NCBI GenBank assembly: GCA_964419675.1
Contig: CAYQPN010000001.1
Coordinates: 173,060 to 237,059 of the forward strand
Source: an uncultured Candidatus Saccharibacteria bacterium
GTDB lineage: Bacteria > Patescibacteriota > Saccharimonadia > Saccharimonadales > SZUA-47
Length of the DNA: 64,000 bases
Direction of reading: 5' to 3'
In this document: positions 61,211 through 64,000 of the stretch, in pieces
Layout: each line of letters starts with the position of its first letter
Numbering within the stretch: the first letter of the stretch is position 1
The notes under the pieces: model-generated
Database searches by the model: none
What the model was told of the DNA's origin: nothing
The model's input: the letters and a program-made list of their open reading frames with translations, nothing else
Program-made: the position numbers and the translations under genes

Positions 61211-61314
61211 GAGTGACCTAAATAATCTAAGCGCCGAGTACAACTCGGGTTTGAAACTATTTAGCGAACCTGCTGCTTTGCAGCACGGTTCGAATACATA
61301 AACATGTACCAAAT

Positions 61315-61337
61315 AAAAAAATCCCGTTAGACGGGAC
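61315..61337 (-). terminator. Intrinsic terminator downstream of the tRNA-Thr/tRNA-Tyr pair
   Basis: The minus strand reads GUCCCGU-cua-ACGGGAU followed by seven U. Confidence 0.65.
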
Positions 61338-61345
61338 ATTTTATA

Positions 61346-61431
61346 TGGTGCAGGGTGTAGGATTCGAACCTACGAACTCGAAAGAGGACAGATTTACAGT
61401 CTGTTGTGTTTGACCGCTTCACTAACCCTGC
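61346..61431 (-). tRNA. tRNA-Tyr (anticodon GUA), long variable arm, CCA encoded
   Basis: Reverse-complement cloverleaf: GCAGGGT acceptor, anticodon arm ACAGA-CTGTAAA-TCTGT, T-arm GTAGG-TTCGAAT-CCTAC, then ACCCTGC-A-CCA. Confidence 0.92.
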
Positions 61432-61452
61432 GTTCTTGCGCATATTATATTA

Positions 61453-61529
61453 TGGAGCCACCTATCGGATTCGAACCGATGACCTGCTGTTTACAAAACA
61501 GCCGCTCTAACCAGCTGAGCTAAGGTGGC
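61453..61529 (-). tRNA. tRNA-Thr (anticodon UGU), CCA encoded
   Basis: Reverse-complement cloverleaf: GCCACCT acceptor, GCTC-AGCTGGTTA-GAGC D-arm, GCTGT-TTTGTAA-ACAGC anticodon arm, and ATCGG-TTCGAAT-CCGAT T-arm. Confidence 0.92.
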
Positions 61530-61610
61530 GTGTATACATTTATACTAAATGATTCTAGCAAATAACAGATGATTTTGCTACCATGAGTTAGTTAAAACCT
61601 AATAAATCAA

Positions 61611-61685
61611 GCCCAGGTAGCTCAGTGGTAGAGCGCATCCATGGTAAGGATGAGGTCTCGAGTTCAATCCTCGATCTGGGCTCCA
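61611..61685 (+). tRNA. tRNA-Thr (anticodon GGU), CCA encoded
   Basis: GCCCAGG acceptor, GCTC-AGTGGTA-GAGC D-arm, CATCC-ATGGTAA-GGATG anticodon arm, TCGAG-TTCAATC-CTCGA T-arm, then TCTGGGC-T-CCA. Confidence 0.92.
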
Positions 61686-61695
61686 CACTTTAGCC

Positions 61696-61724
61696 TTGAA
61701 GAATCGAAACGAATCTGTTAAAAT
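61696..61724 (+). promoter_or_regulatory. Promoter TTGAAG-N17-TGtTAAAAT ending 9 nt before the rpmG ATG
   Basis: TTGAAG at 61696-61701, TG at 61716-61717, TAAAAT at 61719-61724 and ATG at 61734. Confidence 0.55.
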
Positions 61725-61733
61725 CTATTGCAT

Positions 61734-61940
61734 ATGGGAAAGACATCAGATAAACGAAAAATTGTCGGGCTTGTTTGCGAGGAAACCGGACATCGTCACT
61801 ATTACACCATGAAAAATACTCAGAACTCTCCTGATAAATTAAGATTACGTAAGTATAATCCTTTTTTACGCAAACACACTTGGTACGTTGAAACAAAGAA
61901 AAGCTTAGGCCGAAACGAAGTAAAACCTCGTAAAGGTTAG
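61734..61940 (+). CDS. rpmG: 50S ribosomal protein L33, non-zinc (C-) form with C-terminal extension
   Basis: MGKTSDKRKIVGLVCEETGHRHYYTMKNTQNSPDKLRLRKYNPFLRKHTWYVETKK. The CxxC pairs are replaced (CEET, NPFL). I prefer ATG 61734 to the TTG at 61728. Confidence 0.88.
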   Translation: MGKTSDKRKIVGLVCEETGHRHYYTMKNTQNSPDKLRLRKYNPFLRKHTWYVETKKSLGRNEVKPRKG

Positions 61941-61941
61941 G

Positions 61942-63870
61942 CTAAACCCCTAAGTCTAATATAGTGTTAATTAGCTCGGCATGGCTCCATACAAGTGGTG
62001 TGACGCCGACTACTGAACCGTCTTCAGGATTTATCTGCTCGGATAACATGCCGGAGGGCAGGGCGTGCTTAAGAGCCCAGTCTATGTAGTGCACTGTAAT
62101 GTCTGATTTACTAATTCTATTATAATATTGTGCCATCCAGAGCGTCGTAACACACCAAGGGTTACCCATATGTGGTTTAGGACTTTTAAAGTAGTCATCA
62201 TGCTCGTAACGAGGAGTACCACCTGATGGGGACACATCAAGTAGAGTCTCTTCAATAAGTTTAGCTGTACTTAAGATTTGCTCTTTGTTGCTCGCATATC
62301 CAAAAGTAAAAGCGGAATATAGGCTAGACACATCTAAAGTATTGTCAAAAGTCATATCTCCACTTTCTTCAATCAAAAACCCTTTTCTGAAGGCTCTACG
62401 TTCTGTATCAAAATACATATCAACGTTTTTTATCATTTGTTCTGCGCAAAGCAACCATTTTTCACTGTCCTTTTCTTGACCAAGCTTTTGAGCTAAGTAT
62501 GCAGCTGTTTTTAAGGCTTTATAAGTAGCCCCGGAACTGAAGGTATTCGACAAAAACTTCTGTTCCCATAAATCGTATGTTGCATGTGGAAGTCCTGTTC
62601 TTTTATCAATGTAGCTACTCATAAAATTAGCCATTGGCTTAATCATAGATTCATACATTGAATGTATATACTCTAAATCTTTTGAGTACTCAAAATATTC
62701 GCCTAACATAAATACGATTAAAGCTGTTTCATCTTCTTGAATAGCGAGTTCTGAGTGCCTACCGTGGAGTAGAGGATGCCAAGTACTACCAATAGCTTTA
62801 TCTGGTTGGTATTTATGCATCATATAGCCCTTAGGTGCCATAATATCCCTACAGTACTCGAAGAATTTCTTCGCTTCCTCGTAAATTCCAAGTCTAATAA
62901 GTGGCCAAACGGTAAAAGCACCGTCTCGGGGCCAAACGTAACTATAATAATCTCGGTTATAATTATATATAGAGGAGTCACAGGCAGCAATTATTCCACC
63001 CCTGTTGTCTACATGCGCTTTTATTGTGAATAAAGACGTAAGTACGGCTTTTCGATAACGTGGGGCTAACTTTTGCAGATGGGTTTTTGCAGGGCTCAGC
63101 CATTTGTCCCAATGTTGCAATTGCAATCTTTTTCTTGAGTGTATGCCTTCACTAAGTATAGCTTCATTAATGTACCTAGCGTCTGCTTGTGAATCAGAAG
63201 CAATAACCCAGTAGTGTAAAGATTTAGACTTTCCGGATTCTAATAATGTAGATAGCCTTAATACAGAATCGACGCCTGCGTGTTCTACACTACTCATAGA
63301 TAGCTCGCCATCCTCTGCGTCTTTGAAGGTACCCTCTTTGCCTTCTACTCCGTAGCCTCCTGCGGCATACTGGTCAAACGCAACTCCGTCGTCAAATTCA
63401 GCTTTTATAAGCAGCGAACATCTACCCTTATAATCTAGTATGTAGTGACCGTCTGGGACATACAGAGCTGTGTCTGAACGTCCTTCACTACTAATCTGAA
63501 AAACTTGATGAAAAAATATCCTTACATCAGCTTGTTCTTTAGCAGTGTTCTCTATTCGAACGTGCCGAATTAAGGCGTTATTATTACAATCAACATATGT
63601 TTCGATGTGTAGAATTACATTAAGCTCTGCATTCTCATGTCTAGAATTAGTAATCATGGCATCTTCTTGTAGCACTATAGAATTTTCCCAACCAGAATTA
63701 TGTATCCAGCTAAACTTACCGTTTATCCATACGCCAATATAGTGAGGTGCGATGCGTGAACTGTTTAAGTTCTCTAAACCTACATAAGGATAGTAAAAAT
63801 CATGTATTAATCCACTTTCATCTATTCCAACTGCCAAGCTACCATTTCCGAGTATTGCGCTACGAGCCAT
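61942..63870 (-). CDS. Glycoside hydrolase family 15 (glucoamylase/glucodextranase/trehalase-like)
   Basis: 642 aa with an N-terminal beta-sandwich (ILGNGSLAVGIDESGLIHDFYYPYVG) and (alpha/alpha)6 catalytic motifs YSYVWPRDGAF and DLWEQKF. Confidence 0.85.
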   Translation of the reverse strand: MARSAILGNGSLAVGIDESGLIHDFYYPYVGLENLNSSRIAPHYIGVWINGKFSWIHNSGWENSIVLQEDAMITNSRHENAELNVILHIETYVDCNNNALIRHVRIENTAKEQADVRIFFHQVFQISSEGRSDTALYVPDGHYILDYKGRCSLLIKAEFDDGVAFDQYAAGGYGVEGKEGTFKDAEDGELSMSSVEHAGVDSVLRLSTLLESGKSKSLHYWVIASDSQADARYINEAILSEGIHSRKRLQLQHWDKWLSPAKTHLQKLAPRYRKAVLTSLFTIKAHVDNRGGIIAACDSSIYNYNRDYYSYVWPRDGAFTVWPLIRLGIYEEAKKFFEYCRDIMAPKGYMMHKYQPDKAIGSTWHPLLHGRHSELAIQEDETALIVFMLGEYFEYSKDLEYIHSMYESMIKPMANFMSSYIDKRTGLPHATYDLWEQKFLSNTFSSGATYKALKTAAYLAQKLGQEKDSEKWLLCAEQMIKNVDMYFDTERRAFRKGFLIEESGDMTFDNTLDVSSLYSAFTFGYASNKEQILSTAKLIEETLLDVSPSGGTPRYEHDDYFKSPKPHMGNPWCVTTLWMAQYYNRISKSDITVHYIDWALKHALPSGMLSEQINPEDGSVVGVTPLVWSHAELINTILDLGV

Positions 63871-64000
63871 TAATGTCTACACCTTTCCTAATAATCCTGG
63901 TAGTCAAGTCTCTGTATGCGTTCATAAAATACATATACGCCTTATACGGGGAATCGTAGGGGCTAAAATAAGCGTGAACATCACCGTCGTTAAACCACTT
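63860..64000 (-). CDS. 3' end of an unidentified ORF (N-terminus outside window), overlapping the GH15 start by 11 nt
   Basis: My own translation of the minus strand gives ...KWFNDGDVHAYFSPYDSPYKAYMYFMNAYRDLTTRIIRKGVDINGS*. The frame is open from the window edge, and I cannot assign a function. Confidence 0.35.
   Translation of the reverse strand, partial: KWFNDGDVHAYFSPYDSPYKAYMYFMNAYRDLTTRIIRKGVDINGS

Noticed and set aside
61280-61300. GGTTCGAAT on the plus strand, suggesting another tRNA or a tmRNA 3' end.
   Set aside because: No T-stem, acceptor stem or CCA context can be drawn around it. The adjacent TGCTGC-TTT-GCAGCA hairpin has a 3-nt loop, so it is not an anticodon arm.
61124-61339. 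71-aa minus-strand ORF between SemiSWEET and tRNA-Tyr.
   Set aside because: It spans the tRNA terminator and the tRNA-Tyr fragment and overlaps the SemiSWEET start. It has no RBS or recognisable features and is probably spurious.

Overview
This is an AT-rich window (roughly 40% G+C by eye, not computed) made up almost entirely of core housekeeping genes from a reduced-genome bacterium. Regulatory signals are Gram-positive in style: CIRCE elements, TGn extended -10 promoters, and clpC-radA and tig-clpP synteny. L30 is missing between rpsE and rplO, many ribosomal proteins carry charged tails, and a PilB ATPase and a SemiSWEET are present. Together these fit a CPR/Patescibacteria (Saccharibacteria-like) genome, but that placement is an inference.

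Gene order: partial CAP-domain gene, SpoU methyltransferase, pilB, malic enzyme, rplS-rnhB-yraN, pepN, nusA, two orphan ORFs, clpC, an HExxH protein, radA, PBP1A, tyrS, a SAM methyltransferase, an orphan ORF, recG, a Zn-phospholipase-C-like gene flanked by heptamer arrays, rsmD, tRNA-Leu, hisS, tig, clpP, rpoB-rpoC, rpsL-rpsG-[orphan]-fusA-[orphan]-tuf, rpsJ-[membrane ORF]-rplC...rplO, secY, infA, rpmJ, rpsM-rpsK-rpsD-rpoA-rplQ, rplM-rpsI, trpS, a pseudouridine synthase, holB, a TPR protein, SemiSWEET, tRNA-Tyr, two tRNA-Thr, rpmG, a GH15 hydrolase and one more partial ORF.

I found no CRISPR array, integrase, transposase, restriction-modification system or recognisable defence or toxin fold, so I cannot name a clear multi-gene novel system. 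The best candidates for a second look are:
- Five lysine-poor orphan ORFs wedged into normally invariant operon junctions: after nusA, before recG, rpsG/fusA and fusA/tuf.
- Exact CIRCE operators embedded in the promoters of clpC and clpP.
- An identical 36-bp perfect palindrome present twice, which reads as a bidirectional promoter.
- A leaderless mini-ORF plus a 19-bp terminator in front of hisS.
- A recurring pattern of a -10 box 6-9 nt upstream of the ATG, implying leaderless mRNAs.
- Heptanucleotide tandem arrays bracketing the phospholipase-C-like gene.

All functional calls come from reading the translations and motifs; no database search was possible.
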